From the NCBI GenBank assembly GCA_030704615.1, contig CM060734.1:7254001-7318000 (forward strand): 64,000 bases of DNA. Reading direction: 5' to 3'. The stretch comes from Takakia lepidozioides. Its lineage: Eukaryota; Plantae; Bryophyta. The notes beneath the pieces were generated by a model. It worked only from the letters and a program-made list of their open reading frames with translations. It was not told where the DNA came from and did not search any database. This document shows, piece by piece, positions 36,501 to 50,400 of this stretch (the stretch's first letter is position 1; each line of letters opens with the position of its first letter). A program made the position numbers and the translations under genes.

Positions 36501-39500
36501 GATTTAACCCCCATCCTCAAGTCCTGCATCACGGACTTCGCCAGCTCATCCTTCCGACAAGCCTTTCGGATCTTCCTTTGGAGCGTCGTCTCGCTCTTAT
36601 ACACCAACAAGAGCTGCTGCTTTCTACTTAAAGCATCGGCCACCACGTTGTCTCGCCCCGGTTTGTACTGGATATCCACATCGAACACCGCCAAAGTATC
36701 TTGCCACCTAAGTTGTTTTGGGGACAACTTGGGCTGCGTGGTAAAATACTTCACCGTGACATTATCCGTGAACACCTTCACTGGGTTGGAACCAACATAG
36801 TGGCGCCAAAGCTCAAGACAGTGCACCACCGCCTTCATCTCTTTCTCGTGCGTCGGCCACCGTCGCTCCACTTCATTCAGTTTCTTACTTTCGTAAGCCA
36901 CTGGACGTCCATTTTTGCATCAGTACACCCCCAATCGCGAAGTCCGACGCATCTGTATGTATCTCGAACGGACGATCGAACTCCGAGATTTTCAAGACTG
37001 GAGCTTCCGCCATCCGCTGCTTCAATTCAGCAAAAGCTTGGCCACAAAAGGTGTTCCATGCCCAGACTTTAGATTTACACAGAAGGTCTGACAACGGCCC
37101 CGCGATCTTGGCGAAATTTCTCACATACTTCCGGTAATAGGAGGCGAGTCCAAGGAAGGATCGCACTCCCGGGACCGAAGTCGGAGGCTCCCAGTCCAAG
37201 ATCGCCCTCACCATTTCTGTCATCCATTTTGATCCCATCTTGTGTAATCACATGCCCCAGGAACTCCACTTTTGTGACCCCGAATTCGCACTTTGAAGCT
37301 TTGGCATACAGCTTCCATTCCCGCAATTTCTGGAACACCCTTTTGAGGTGCTCCATGTGCTCCTCCTTTGTTTTCGAATACACCAAGATGTCGTCGATGT
37401 ACACGATCACAAAGTCATCCAACCACTCCTGGAAAAGGCTGTTCATCAGCGTGCTAAATGTCGCTGGTGCATTGGTGAGCCCAAAAGGCATCACCAAGAA
37501 CTCATATGAACCATACCTTGTCCTGCACGCGGTCTTCTCCTCATCTCCTTCCGCCACTCGAATTTGATGATAGCCGGAGCGCAGATCGATCCGGCTGAAA
37601 TACTTCGCTCCTGCCAACCGATCGAAAAGGTCGTCGATCCTTGGCAAAGGGTACCGGTTTTTGATAGTCACCTTATTCAGAGCCCTGTAATCGACACACA
37701 TCCGCAGCGTCCCATCCTTTTTATCTGCAAATAGCACCGGGGCTCAGAGGTGACTTACTCGGCCGGATGTACCCCTTTGACATTAGATCTTTGAGCTGAG
37801 TCTTCAGCTCGACCAACTCTCTGTGGCTCAACCGGTAGGGCGCCTTGGCAGGCGGTTCCGATCCCGGTATCACCTCAATCTTGTGGTCAACTCCTCTTCG
37901 CGGTGGCAAGCCGCTTGGCAAATCCTCCGGCATCACATCATGGTATTTCTCCAAAATCCCCTTGATCCAATCTGGGCTCGGCTCTCCATCGCCTTCTCCC
38001 TTCACTTCTCTAATGTAGAGCAAAAATTGGGGCTCGTGTGCCTCCTCCACGGCCCACTCCCTTGCTGACAGAAGGTTTATTCGCCCTCCCACGGGTTTGG
38101 GCGTTTCCGAAACTCGTAAGACCTCGCCACCATTCCAACATGGCAGCGTGACTACCCTCTTGCGGCCATCTATGACCGCTCCGGATTTGCTCAAAAAGGT
38201 CATCCCCAAAATGAGATCCACTCCATCGATCTCGCAGACGGTGAAGTTCTCACGTCCCTCCCAACTCCCCAGTTGAAGAGGAACATCGAACGCCAACCTC
38301 GTCGCCAATTGCGGTTCTCCTTTGGCAGAACGCACCTCAATAAAGGCCCCTACGTCAGTTGTCGGGAGTCCCAGCTTTTGTGCCGTTGCCGGTGTCATGA
38401 AGGAGTGCGACGCTCCTGTGTCCACCAACAATGACACGTTAGTTCCGGATATTATCCCATCCACGAACAATAAGTGACTCCCTTTACGCAATGCGCCAGT
38501 TTCCTGATACAACTCAAAAGAATATTTGCCTACCTTGCAAGTCCTGGCGACCACCGCTTCCACCAAGCGACTGATGGTATCTTCCGACAGTTCTATGGTC
38601 GCCCGAGTCATGTTCAATTGCCGGGGCTTCGTGCACTTCTTGGCCATGTGCCCGGGCTCCCCACAATTGAAACACACTCCATCAAAGGTTGCCTTCTGTC
38701 CGCCATAGGCCGCTCCACCCGCTTTTTCTTTCAAAGCACCGGGTGCCGCCTTGACTTGTGATGGCCCTCCCTTCGATTTCCACATGCTGTTGTCGCCGCG
38801 TGGCCTATCCCACTTCTTTTCCGGTCGGAAGGAGTCACCTTCCCGCCGGGTCTTCTTGTGGTTCAGCTCCGTACGGCCTTGTCTTTCACCCCTAGGGACA
38901 TCTGAGAAACATTCAGCCCTCTCAATTGCCTCGTTCAAAGTCTTAGGTGGCTTCTCCTCCAACTTCCGCCTGGCCCATGGGGCCAACCCCGCCACAAAGT
39001 TGAAGACCATTTCTGGTTCCGCCATATCCGCGACTTCGAGCAATAGCACATTGAAAGCCTGGACATATCCCCGAATGTCATCTGTTTGCTTCAAATTCCT
39101 CATCTTGTCCCGGGCAAGCCAAGACGCATTGAGGGGCACAAACTGTCTCTTCATCAATTCCTTGAACCCACTCCAGTTCAAGGTTTCCGGACTTGGACCT
39201 CGGTCGTGAAGGCGTTTCTGCCACCATTGTTGAGCATAGCCCCTCAAATAGGTGGGAGCCACTTCCACCCGATCCTCGTCACTCAACTTGGCCGCCCGGA
39301 AGTACTGCTCTAGCTCCAGGAGCCAGGTGTTGAGTGCCTTCCGATTTCGGACGCCCTCGAAGGTGCCGGGTTCCTTAGGCTTCACCTTAAACTTTGCCTT
39401 AGTGGAAGTGGCATTAGCCGCCTTCAACACGTCTTTCAACGTCCCGCCAAACTGCGCCAACAACCCTTCCCAAAAGGCTGCCGGCATGGGAGGCATCACT

Positions 39501-40476
39501 TGGTTTGTCGGAGCTCTCAAGGATTCCTCGGGCTCCGACTCCTCAGATTCCTCCCGCTCTTGAGCGGCCTCGTTTTCGAAAACATGCATCGCTTCCTCAA
39601 ACGGCCGCCTTGCTGACACGTCGCCCCCAACGGGCTCACCAGGATCATCATCTTTTGGGCCGTTCCGCTTTCGCTTTGGCTTGCCCGACCCCATGATGAG
39701 GCCAATCCCAAGGACGATCGCGTACTGAACTCTAAGCTCTGATACCAAGTGTCGCACACCTCACTTCGGTAACTCCCCTTCAAGTCATAGTTACTCGCTT
39801 TGATGCGCGCGCCTGACTCCCAACCTAGCCGCCGGGCCAACTTGGAGCTTCGGCTGCTCACCGGGACATAACGGTCCCCCTTCGCTCCCCCACTAAACCC
39901 TCCACCTATTTGGGCCTAGTGGAATTCCCTTTGGTAGATGGCAGTCCGGAACAGCTCCCCACTCTTTGGTCGCTTTCCGGCTCGCTCGCTCACTCACTAG
40001 TTTTTGGTCATCAACGGGCTTGCGCTGTTCTCGGGGTTACTACTCCCTATATATACTTCTGTAGCTGTCCACGGGGGTTTCACAACCAGCCATGCCATTT
40101 TATGGCGAACCACCACGAAAACCCTCGACTCCCGGTGATGAGTCGCGGTGAGTCTTGGCCCACTCATCACGGCCCCTATGGACCGTGATGAGTCCCAAGA
40201 CTCCCCACGACTCCCACCACGAGGTCTCCGCCCCCATGGTGAGTCCTATGCCACCCCCACTAAGTCCCACTAAGCTTCCACCACCCCTTGTGGAGCCACC
40301 CCCACCGCAACCCGGTGTGCGGGGCTCCACCTAGTGAGCGCCTCCGCCTCCTTGAGTGCCTTGGGCACTCAAGGGTGCTTCAGCCCCCCCATCCTATCGC
40401 TGTCGCTGCCCCCACCACAGGGGCAGCCCCTCACGTATCTCGACCCCCCCTGCCCTCAAGGCAAAGGGCCGCGACA
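33507..40476 (-). mobile_element. Full-length chromovirus (Ty3/gypsy) LTR retrotransposon
   Basis: LTRs 33507-34234 and 39750-40476 (TGT...ACA, highly similar). 5-bp TSD GGAAA (33502-33506 / 40477-40481). tRNA-iMet PBS 39736-39747. PPT-like tract ~34235-34246. Confidence 0.96.
35100..39694 (-). pseudogene. Chromovirus gag-pol (Gag, Zn knuckle, protease, RT, RNase H, integrase, chromodomain), several frameshifts
   Basis: [46 protein letters not shown]...CTTC, VSDRD, DGQTERVN, EYEVEAILKSR. Confidence 0.93.
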
Positions 40477-41500
40477 GGAAATGCAGCGCCGCATTTCCGT
40501 TTTGTATGTGAGGCATGGAGCTGAGGGACGGAAATGCTGCACCGCATTTCCGACCGGTTGAGACCTTCATACTCTCTAGAACGGAAATGCGGTACCGCAT
40601 TTCCGTTCTGACTGAAAATCGTGAACCATCGGAACTGAAATGCGGCACCGCATTCCCGTCCGAGTCGCACCTTCCGACATTCCAGAACGGAAATGCGGCG
40701 CTGCATTTCCGTTTTGTATCTGAGGCATGGAGCTGAGGGACGGAAATGTTGCACCGCATTTCCGTCCGTTTGAGACCTTCATACTCTCCAGAACGGAAAT
40801 GTGGTACCGCATTTCCGTTCTGACTGAAAATCGTGAACCATCGGAACTAAAATGCGGCACCGCATTCCCGTCCGAGTCGCACCTTCCGACATTCCAGAAC
40901 GGAAATGCGGCGCCGCATTTCCGTTTTGTATCTGAGGCATGGAGCTGTGGGACGGAAATGCGGCACCGTATTTCCGTCCAGGTGAGACCTTCATACTTTC
41001 CCGAACGGAAATGCGGCACGACATTTCCGTTCAACAACTAAGGTATGTGAAGGTGGAACGGAAATGCGGTACCGCATTTCCGTTCTGATTGAAAATCATG
41101 AACCACGGGAACTGAAAATGCAATGCCGCAGTTCCGTCCGAGTCGCACCTTCCGACATTCCAGAACGCAAATGCGGCGCCGCATTTCCCTTTTGTATCTC
41201 AGGCATGGAGCTGTGGGACGGAAATGCGGTGCCGCATTTCCATCCGTGTGAGACCTTCATACTCTCCAGACCGGAAATGCGGCACCGCATTCCGTTCAAC
41301 AACTAAGGTTTGTGAAGGTGGAACGGAAATGCGGTGCCGCATTTTTGTCCAACAAGTACGGTATGTGTAGCTTCGGGATGGTACTTAATGGAAATGCGGC
41401 GCCGCATTTGCATTTTCACTCAAACTCATCAGACGCTGGGACGGAAATGCCATGATATGTGAACACGTGGAGCAACGGAATTGCGGCACATGTCTGCACT
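40477..41500. repeat. Palindromic tandem array, right part
   Basis: Same monomer resumes after the TSD and decays towards 41500. Confidence 0.92.
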
Positions 41501-42002
41501 CTATCTGACTGAAGTGGCAGGAGGCGGCGCGGCCTGACCGTTGGATAATGATGTTTGTTTTTCGGACGGCAGGCGTACCCTTGACGATTCGAATTTTGTA
41601 ATGACGCAAAGTCCTCGAGGAGACACTTTCGTCCAAGCGGTGCATCACCGCCGTTTCATCTTCTTTTGTCATGTCTACTCAGTCACCCCTCTTGCGCCCT
41701 TTCCATATGCACTCTTCGCCCCTTTTCCCTGTCTCTGTTCTTCTTATGCTTGAACCTGAGAGGGAGGGAGTGCATGCACCAGAGAAGAGACATCGTCGCA
41801 AGCTCCAAAAATTGTACTTCGGACGGAGGCCAATGCCAAAGGGGAGGAAGCAGATGCGTCTACAGGAGGAGATTGTCATCTTGCAGCATCAGGCCACGCA
41901 GGCAACCCAGCCACCAGTGAGAGCTCCGTGCTATCGGGATTCGCGCAGCTAATCAAGCACCGAAACCCCCCTCATTTTTCTTCTACAATTCTTAGGCTGT
42001 AT

Positions 42003-43772
42003 GCTAGGAGACTTGAATGCAGAAGATGTTTGCATGCCTAACCGGAAAGGTGGACGTGCTGGAGGGATCGCAGGAATCCGAAGAGCCGCAGGAAGAGTCC
42101 ATGGAGCTAGCTGCAGCACGCACACCCAGCCGATCCACAAGCACGGGTCTTCCTGCCGGGCCTAGCCCTGTGCGTTTCAAGGACGCGGCTTCGAAGGGCA
42201 AGTCTTTGCAGTTCAAAGCCCAAGAGAGCAACTCACGTTCGAAGGTCATGGAGAATCGCCAGCAGGGGTCGAGCCCTTCTCCAGCAAAGACGAAGAAGAA
42301 GCAGCCCGTCCTTCAACTTGTTTCTGAACCGGACCAGGCCGTTTCCCCCCCACCAGGCGAATGAAGCAGATTCAATTGCAGCAGACACCTTCACCTGCAA
42401 GAATGAGGAAGCACAAGGCAATCAGGGGGAGGGCGGAGCAGTCTCCCGTAAAACCGATTCCACGAGCTGAAGCCCAGTTCCTGCTTGATTTCCAGCATGG
42501 TGATGTTGGGGGCGTCTCTGCTGCAGCGAAGGCAATGGGATCGACCGATTTCGTCGATCTGGTACCGGAGGAGGGTGCTGCCGCTCAACGTTCGCAGCAA
42601 GACCTGACCACCGTTGAGGAAGATCTTCAGAATACTGCAGGCCCGGAGGAGGCCTCTGCAATTGCAGAATCGCCCGCAAAGATTCCCCAGAGTGCAGCTC
42701 CAGTTGGGGACGCTCTAGCTGTTCAGCCCCTACCGCCATCTGCAGAAATGTCTCCGGAGGAATTCCAAAGTGCAGCAGATACAATGTTGGAGGAGACACA
42801 CAGTAGCATTGGCAGAGTTCTGAGCAGCAGGGTATTCTAGCGGACTCTTCGAATCCCACTCTGTCGCATGGTCTCCCTTCCCATCGTCAGGCAGGCACTT
42901 CCCTGAGATGTGGATAAGCTCAAGTTTGCATTTCGAGAAGGGTACCGTCTAGGTTCGCCAGCCTTCTACGTTTCCATTGAGAATGAGGACGGCGAATCTC
43001 GTGGACCCACTGCGGATGAATTGTCAACATGGGATACCCACTGGCACACTCGCAACGACAAATTCGAGGCAACGCTGAAGGGTGATCCAGACTTCGGCCA
43101 TATGACGGGTAAAATGTTCTTTGTGTGGGACGGGAACCACAGACTTCTTGCCTGGTGGGAGTACATCAAGCAGAACCATGCCAAGCACATTGGCTGGCAT
43201 TACATGGTGGAGTGTGTCATCCTCAAGGTGAAGGCGGCAGACTCCTCCCTACTCAAGAATGCCATGGCCGACCTCAACTCGTAAGATACTCATACCCTCC
43301 CAAGCACATTCGAAATGCGGTGCCGCATTTCGGTTTCCAATCTGTTTTGTTTCCGTGCTTCCGTGGACTGAACTGGAGAGTGTGCCTTGCAGGGTCACTG
43401 AAAATGCGTACGTGCATACCCACATGGCACATATGTTGTACAGGGTGAGGAAAACTGGTCTCACTGATCTGCACATGTTTGCGGAAATGCTGGAGCCCGA
43501 GCTCATTAAGAAAGCCGTGGCAAAAACTGACCGGACATGGTATCGTCTCACTATGGATGGAATGGTGGAGGTGATATACAAAGCAAGTCGTCCTCCCATT
43601 TCCCTCTGCTCATCCTTCCCCAATTTTCAGTAATCTTTCCACATGAATCGAATGTAACGCTTCTGCATGTTTTTGTTGGCAGTCAAACATCAAGCTGGAT
43701 TTGGCCCATGCCAAACGCTTCTTCATGGAAAGTGAGGGGCAGGTCAAAACGTTGCAGTCATTGACTGAGCAC
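42003..43772 (+). pseudogene. Intron-containing TE-associated gene with a ParB/Srx-like DGNHR motif, 3'-truncated
   Basis: Disordered N-terminus (42017-42840 with stops), then FFVWDGNHRLLAW in ORF 42910-43284. GT-AG intron 43281-43392 and further exons follow. Confidence 0.5.
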
Positions 43773-46700
43773 TGCTATCTGCACCTGGTTGTACCCACTA
43801 AACCCGTCCATGAATGAGTACATCTCATGTCCGGCCACTGTGTCCAACACTATTTCGGTGTTCTTGGTTCCTGCGTTTAACTTGCGGTAGTCTACACATA
43901 CTCATAATTTTCCATTTTTCTTGGGTACTATCACAATGGGCGATAACCATTGTGGTGTCTCTACTGGGTACATGAATCCTGCATCCAGTAATTTCTTGAT
44001 TTCTTCCCAAACTTTAGCTGCATAGTTGGGGTTCATTATGTAACGGTTCTGACGAATGGTTTTGTGTCAACTTCCAAATCAATTCGGTGTTGACAGATGT
44101 TGGAAGGTATACCCTTCAAATCTTTGTAGTTCCAGGCAAATACATCCATGTATTCAGTGAATAATGCAGTGGCTTCTTATAGAAATGATTCTTCAAGACC
44201 TGCACTTACTCGTATTATCTGTGGTTCTTCCACTGTTCCCAGATTCACTTGAATTAATTGAGTTTCTTCCGTTACTGTCCATCCTGCAATTTCTTGTCCG
44301 ATGGTTGCAATCGTGGCAGGTATCTCACTGATTATAAGGTCTTCTTCATTTTCTTGATAAAAACGGGCAGGGTGTTAAGGTGTGTCCATAGCTTCTTCCT
44401 CCGGATCTTCCGTTCTTGCAGTATTCGATTCTCCTTGGGGTTTTCACCATGTGACATCCTACTGTTGTGGTATGCTTGACCACTAATTGCCCAATAGGTT
44501 CCAACTGTGGATGTGCTGCATATACTGTGGTTTCTTCTTCATCCGACAGTCCACTGGACCAATCATACTCTTCCACTATGCAAGGTCGTTTCTCTCGTGG
44601 AATGGTACCTCGTTGCTTCGTAGTGCTGGTGACTTGTTCTGATCGCTTTTTGATCGTGAGAGACTGACTTCCCCAATCGTGGTGTGATTGGGCTTGTGTT
44701 AACCATGGTCGGCCAAGTAGTAGCGAATATCCTTCTGCCACATCCTCCATTCTGAGAATGGTTACTGATACTTCGTATACCAGTCCTACTACTTCCATTG
44801 CAAGTCGTCTGATGATACCCAGTGGCTGCACTTTTCATTGATCGGCCATTCGTACCGTGAATGGAGCAGGTTCCATGTGCCCCAACCCTAGTGACTTCTT
44901 CATCTTCTCTGTCATGATATTCACTCCAGATCCTCCATCGATTAGTACATCCGTTACCATCTTCCGTCCAATACGTACTTGATTACGGGTATTGCTTCGT
45001 CGTAGTCTGGAGTTTGTCGTATAGTTGTGGGTTTAATCGTGTAAACCTCTGGTGTTGGTTTTTGTTTTGGTGTGGGGGTCAATGCCTCGATTGCCCGAAA
45101 TAAAGTTTTCTTGTTGTGTGGAGCAATTTTTAATAATTGTCCAATGGTAATTTGGGTCTTGGTCTGGCAGATTACTTCAGCCAATTCTGTTTCCATGGTT
45201 GCATTCGTGGTCTTCATCATTGGTCTGATTTGATTATCTGGAGTTGGCTCTCCAGAAGGTATATGGGTTCCTTCTTGCATTTGGGCTATGGCTTTACTTA
45301 CCTCCCGGTGTAAGCTATTTTCTTCCTGCCATGCTGCACTTTCTGGATATTGTTTCCGTTCTTCTTCAATCTCCTTATCTGGAGGTTTCTGTTTCTTGGC
45401 CTGAGTTCGGGTTAGCGCAAGGGTATCCACTACAGGGGTTACCACACTCACAGCTACACTCGGTCCGGCTTCCATATTTCCCACTTCCACCTCATGCTTG
45501 ATTCGTAACTGGCATTCATGTTTCCAGTGTCCCTCTTTCTTGCAGTAGTGACATCTCATGATTTCTTTGTTTCTGGGTTGATGTTCTCTATCCCGTGGTG
45601 GATAGTCATCTCGTGGCCTCTGATAATGATTACCCATATTGTATCGTCTTGGTCCATCCGATCCTCCCCGTCGGATTTGGACTTGGTGTACCCCTACCTC
45701 TCGTGTGTACCAACTCTTCTTGGCCCGTTGATTGTAAATACAATGGCTGGTATTATGATTGTTCATATGACAAATATCACAGTATTTGTCTTTCATGTGA
45801 CATTCCATTGCCAAGTGTCCTTCAGTCCCGCATTTGTGACACCATGTTGCCTTCCGTGGTCTTTTATCTTTAAAATTCTCGATAGCCTCTACTATCTTCT
45901 GATCCAAAGTGGTTTTGTCAATCACTTCTTTCTTCTTTTGCTTGGGCTTTTCTTCATCATCAGAGTCTTCTTCTTCCAAGGGATCCTTGGAATCTTTACT
46001 TCTGCTCTGATGGAATCCCAATTCCAATTTCTTTGCAGTTCCTACTGCTTCAGCCAAAGTGTTGTTAGGCATGACTATAACCATGGTTACATATTCAGGA
46101 CGAAGTCCGTTGATGAACCATGATTTTTGTAAGTCATCACCTGATGCTTGAGGTAGCTTCCTGACCAGAGTCTTCATTCTCTCCAGGTAGTCGACTACCA
46201 ATTCTTTCTTTTTTCTGTCTCAGGTTCTGTAATCCTGTGAAGATTTTAGACGTGGATTTGTTGGATCTATATCTTTCTTGAAACGCGGCTCTCATATCCG
46301 CCCAATTTGCAAAGTGATTGGCTGGAAAGGTTGCCAACCATTCAATGCCTTTTCAGGCCATTGAACAAGGAAATAATCGGATCTTTTCCTGGTCTGTTGC
46401 TTCATTGTAAATGGTGCACATGTTCTCAAATTGATTAAGATGGATATCCGGATCAGATTTCCCATCATATAAAGGGAACAGCGGTCTGGTTTTGTTTGCT
46501 GCTAAAGCCATTGGTGCTGCTGGTGCAACTGGTTGTCCAAACTGGGATGGTCCCGCTGCTGCTGGCTGTGGTGGTGTTGGGATTGTCAAGGCTAGTGGTG
46601 TTGTTGGTGTTTGTCTTCCAAACAATGATTCAAAGCTAGGAGGTCCTTGTCCCAATGATAGCCGTCTTCCAGCTGCTGTCCCTACTAAGCTTAATGAATC

Positions 46701-47400
46701 TTTAAAAGCTTTGAGTGCAGTCCTGGTTTGTCGAGCGGCTTTTACTCACCCATCCCTTCGCTATCCGAGGTGGAAACTCCAAGATAGAAGAGTTGGATAT
46801 CTCTAAGCAATCAGCCCGCTCAGAACAATCAGTCATGACCTACAGCTAGTGTATCATGGTTGTGCTTCCTATTTGTATTTCTTCTTGCCTTCATGTTAGC
46901 AAATTACCTTACTGTGTATACTGAAGCATCAGATTACTTCAGTAACTACTAGATTCCATTTACTCATCCATTCATTCCACAGCTTCACTCATGTCTCTCT
47001 ACACAATGTGTTTGTATCGAATAAGTATCAGATTAAGATTTATCAGGTATCAGGCCAATGCCATGGTGTCCCTAATCTGCTCTACTGTATGATTCTGCAG
47101 CTTGCATGAATTAAGCATCGACCAAGCCATCTTCCCATCTTCGCTGTTTCCCGCTCTCCGCTTCATCTCCTCCCCCTCTGACCAAGTCGCTCTCCCAAGA
47201 AGTGATCCCCCCTTCGTTGCTGCTCTGCCTCATCTACATGCAAGCTGTTCTAACCACCTAACTAACTAACTGTCACCCCAAGAAGTATCACGTTTCCCCT
47301 GCAGATGTCGTTCCCACACAGTCGTTCCCTGCCAATGATAAACGTTCCCTATGTACGCTGTGACTGGCTGTGCCATCATTTCGAGAGGTTCTCTCGGGCC
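43773..47400 (-). mobile_element. 5' half of a second Ty3/gypsy family (gag with three Zn knuckles, protease, start of RT)
   Basis: FPLYDGKSDPDIHL, WFINGL, CHKCGTEGHLAMEC, CDICHMNNHNTSHC, CHYCKKEGHWKHEC, VLIDGGSGVN, LLGRPWL. RT matches 266-640. The LTR boundary (~47064-47400) is uncertain. Confidence 0.85.
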
Positions 47401-47424
47401 CCCTCCTCCCTGTTGATATTTTTT

Positions 47425-50400
47425 TAACGTTAGGTCTTGGAACATTCAGGGCATTGGGTCTGATGCTACTGCCCCCAAAAGATCCAAGTTAAAATGTGGG
47501 GCGGCTTCCTTGTTATCGGATAACTCCATTTCTATTCTTGCAGGAGCATAAGTTGAACGACTCCAAGATCGCTTTTCTTGGGCAGATGCTATGGCCTGCT
47601 AATCTGGCTTGGTGGAATAGAACTGTGGCGGACTCGAGAGGGGGTACAACAGTCCTTGTCTCCCCGAACCTGGCAAGCCATATTTTGCAACATTTTGGCA
47701 CTCTGTTGACCAAAGGAAAGCTAAACGCCTGGATGGTTGGTAGGGCGCAATTCGGTCTCCTCTCCATGCCTGGCTCAGGATGCAAAAATGGCTTTATCAA
47801 TATTTATGCTTCGAATTCTATTGTTGAGAGAATCTCTTTTTGGCAGTTTCTGCATTCCAAGATCGTGCAAAGCCCTGAAATTGACCAATGGATTTTGGCC
47901 GGGGACTTCAATATGATAGATAGGCTGCTGATAGATTGGATCCTGGTTCTTCCAGCCTCACCCCGGATGAGCTTAATGCTTGGGAAGCCCTCTGTTTGTC
48001 TGTTGGTTTCATTGAACATCTCCATTCATGACCTGGGTCCAGATCAAAAGGAAGGGGTTACTTTAAACTTAACCCCTTTCTTAAGTCTCAGACTATGGTC
48101 AATATTCTAGCTCAGGTGTGGTCCTCATCTGGTAATAGTTTTGAGTCCCTCACTCTTATATTCCTCACTTAGTTGGAGGCTACATGTATATTAAGGCTCA
48201 GGAGCTGTCTTGGGCCTTCGCGCTTGCTTACTCCTTGGGCCCAACCTAATCCTTTAATAGGCCCTGTGCTTCCTGATTTTGATCATGCTGAGATCAGAAC
48301 CCCAAAAAAAAAGGTCTTTGCTCAAATGCCTCCATCTTTGTCAACAGAGCTTCTGGAAAACAAAGATGAAGGCCTTTGCACTCTGATGAATTATAATACA
48401 GCCAAGTCCAACCTCTGGAATTTTAGGTAGGAAAAAGAAAGCGCCTCAAAGTTGGAGTCAATTGGTCCCTGAAAGGGGAGAAGATGTCCAAATTTTTTTT
48501 TTCGTTCAGGCCAAACAAAAAAAGGATGGCCTCTTCCATTGCCACTCTTAAATTTTCTGATGGGACCTCCTCTTCCTCCCCTAAAGACATGGCTAGCATT
48601 GCTGAGCAACATTTCGCCTCTCTCTTTTCCAAAAGGCCCCACTCAATTGAGGCAGACCAAGCCTCGGAGGCCATTCTTCATCACGTCCCTTCGCTCCTCT
48701 CTGAAAAATATAAGGATGATTTATCTGCTCCGCTCACGGATGATGAGCTTGCTCAGGCCCTGCAGTCTCTCCAGTTAGGTAAGATGCTAGGCCTTGATGG
48801 CATGCCTATTGAGCTTTTCAGAGTCCTCTGGCTAACAATATTTGTTGACGATTTTGTGGCCTTGACTAAGGATATCCTCTTGAAAGGCATTATGCCATCT
48901 CAAATATATGTAGGTCTCATCAGGTTAAGGTGACAGAAGCCTGATATCCAATTATCGCCCTATCACGCTTCTAAACATCACCTACAAAATTATTGCCAAA
49001 GCTTTGGCCATGAGATTGCAGCCTATTCTTTCCCGTGTTATTAGGCCGGAGCAAACAAGATTCCTTAAGGGTAGGATGATTCTAGATAATTTACTCCTAA
49101 TCAACGAGGTTATGCATGAGGCCAAATGCTCAGAGCAGCCCCTGACAATTCTTATGCTAGACTTCAAAAAAGCGTTTGATAATATTGATTGGGTCTTCCT
49201 ACATAAAGTCCTGGTCAAAATGGGTATGCCGGAAACATTCTCTAGATGGGTTCATATGCTTCTCAGTTCCGCGTCTAGCTAAGTGACCGTTAATGGTGCA
49301 ATTTCCAAATCCTTTGCTCTTCACAGGTCTGTAAGGCAAGGATGCCCCTTGGCCCCTTACCTCTTTCTCATAGCAGCTCTCTTGGCCACTACCTTAGCTC
49401 TAGGCATGATATTGTGGGTTTAATCCATGTACGCTGACGATACCACGCTTTTATTGAGCAATGAGGACTCCTTGAACATAACCAGAGCTCGAGAGGCCCT
49501 GCAGCTCTTATGTTCTGCCTCTGGTCTGAAGGTCAATTGGAGCAAATTTGTGGGGCTCCTCACGGAGTTGCCTTCCAACAACCTCTAGGCATCATGGGCC
49601 GCCCTGGGGGCAGGATTTAGGCCTCCGGTGGCTTACGCCAGGTTCGGCGCACACTCTCCTTGGATTCCAAATCGGTATCGGGCTCTCTGACGAGCAAAGA
49701 TTTGAGCCAATTCTTCGGAAACTCCGCAACAAGCTGGCCTTCTGGAGCTCGGCCATGCTGTCCTTAGCAGGTAGAGTGCTGGTTCTCAACCAAGTCTTGC
49801 TTGCTTCGGTTTGGTTTTTGGCATCTGTATGGTCCCTGGGCTCTAAGCTGATCATGGGTAAAATCAAAACCATGATGCGCAATTTTCTGTGGGGTGCTTC
49901 CCCTCAGGCCCTCTCTGAAAGAGCGCTGGTCTCCTGGGCGCAACTCTGTAGGCCCAGAAAAGTGGGTGGTCTTGGCCTTCTTGATCCATCCTTGCAAGTT
50001 ACTGCTCTGCTGACTAAATGGGTTCCTAGGTCTCTTCGTCATGGTAACAGCCCCTGGTGCAGTTTGGTTCGATCGCATTTGGTGAAGTCTGTCCCTCTCA
50101 ACTCTGACTCTTGGGCTCCATCCATGAGGTGGCTGGTCCCATGGCTCTAACAAATCGAAATGCGCCGGTAGTGCCGCATGGAAATCCATCTGGGCGGCTT
50201 GGAGATCTATTAGGCCACACCTGACTCAACGGCGGGCATCGTGCTTCGAGGAGGCTATCTGCTAGCCCCTGTTCAGAAATCTCAATCTGAACTACGCTCC
50301 ATTCGCCACTCTCCACAAAAAGTGGGCTACGCGGGAGTCCAAAGGACTCTCACACATAGCCAACATCTGGGAGAATGGTGAGTTCCTTCACCCCCCTCTC

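Noticed and set aside
32330-41500. CRISPR-like array of palindromic repeats with spacers
   Set aside because: Spacers repeat with a ~210-bp period, there are no cas genes, and the context is eukaryotic.
47050-47063. PBS (TGGCATTGGCCTGA, minus strand) for the second Ty3 family
   Set aside because: Plausible position, but I cannot assign a tRNA and there is no second LTR to confirm the boundary.
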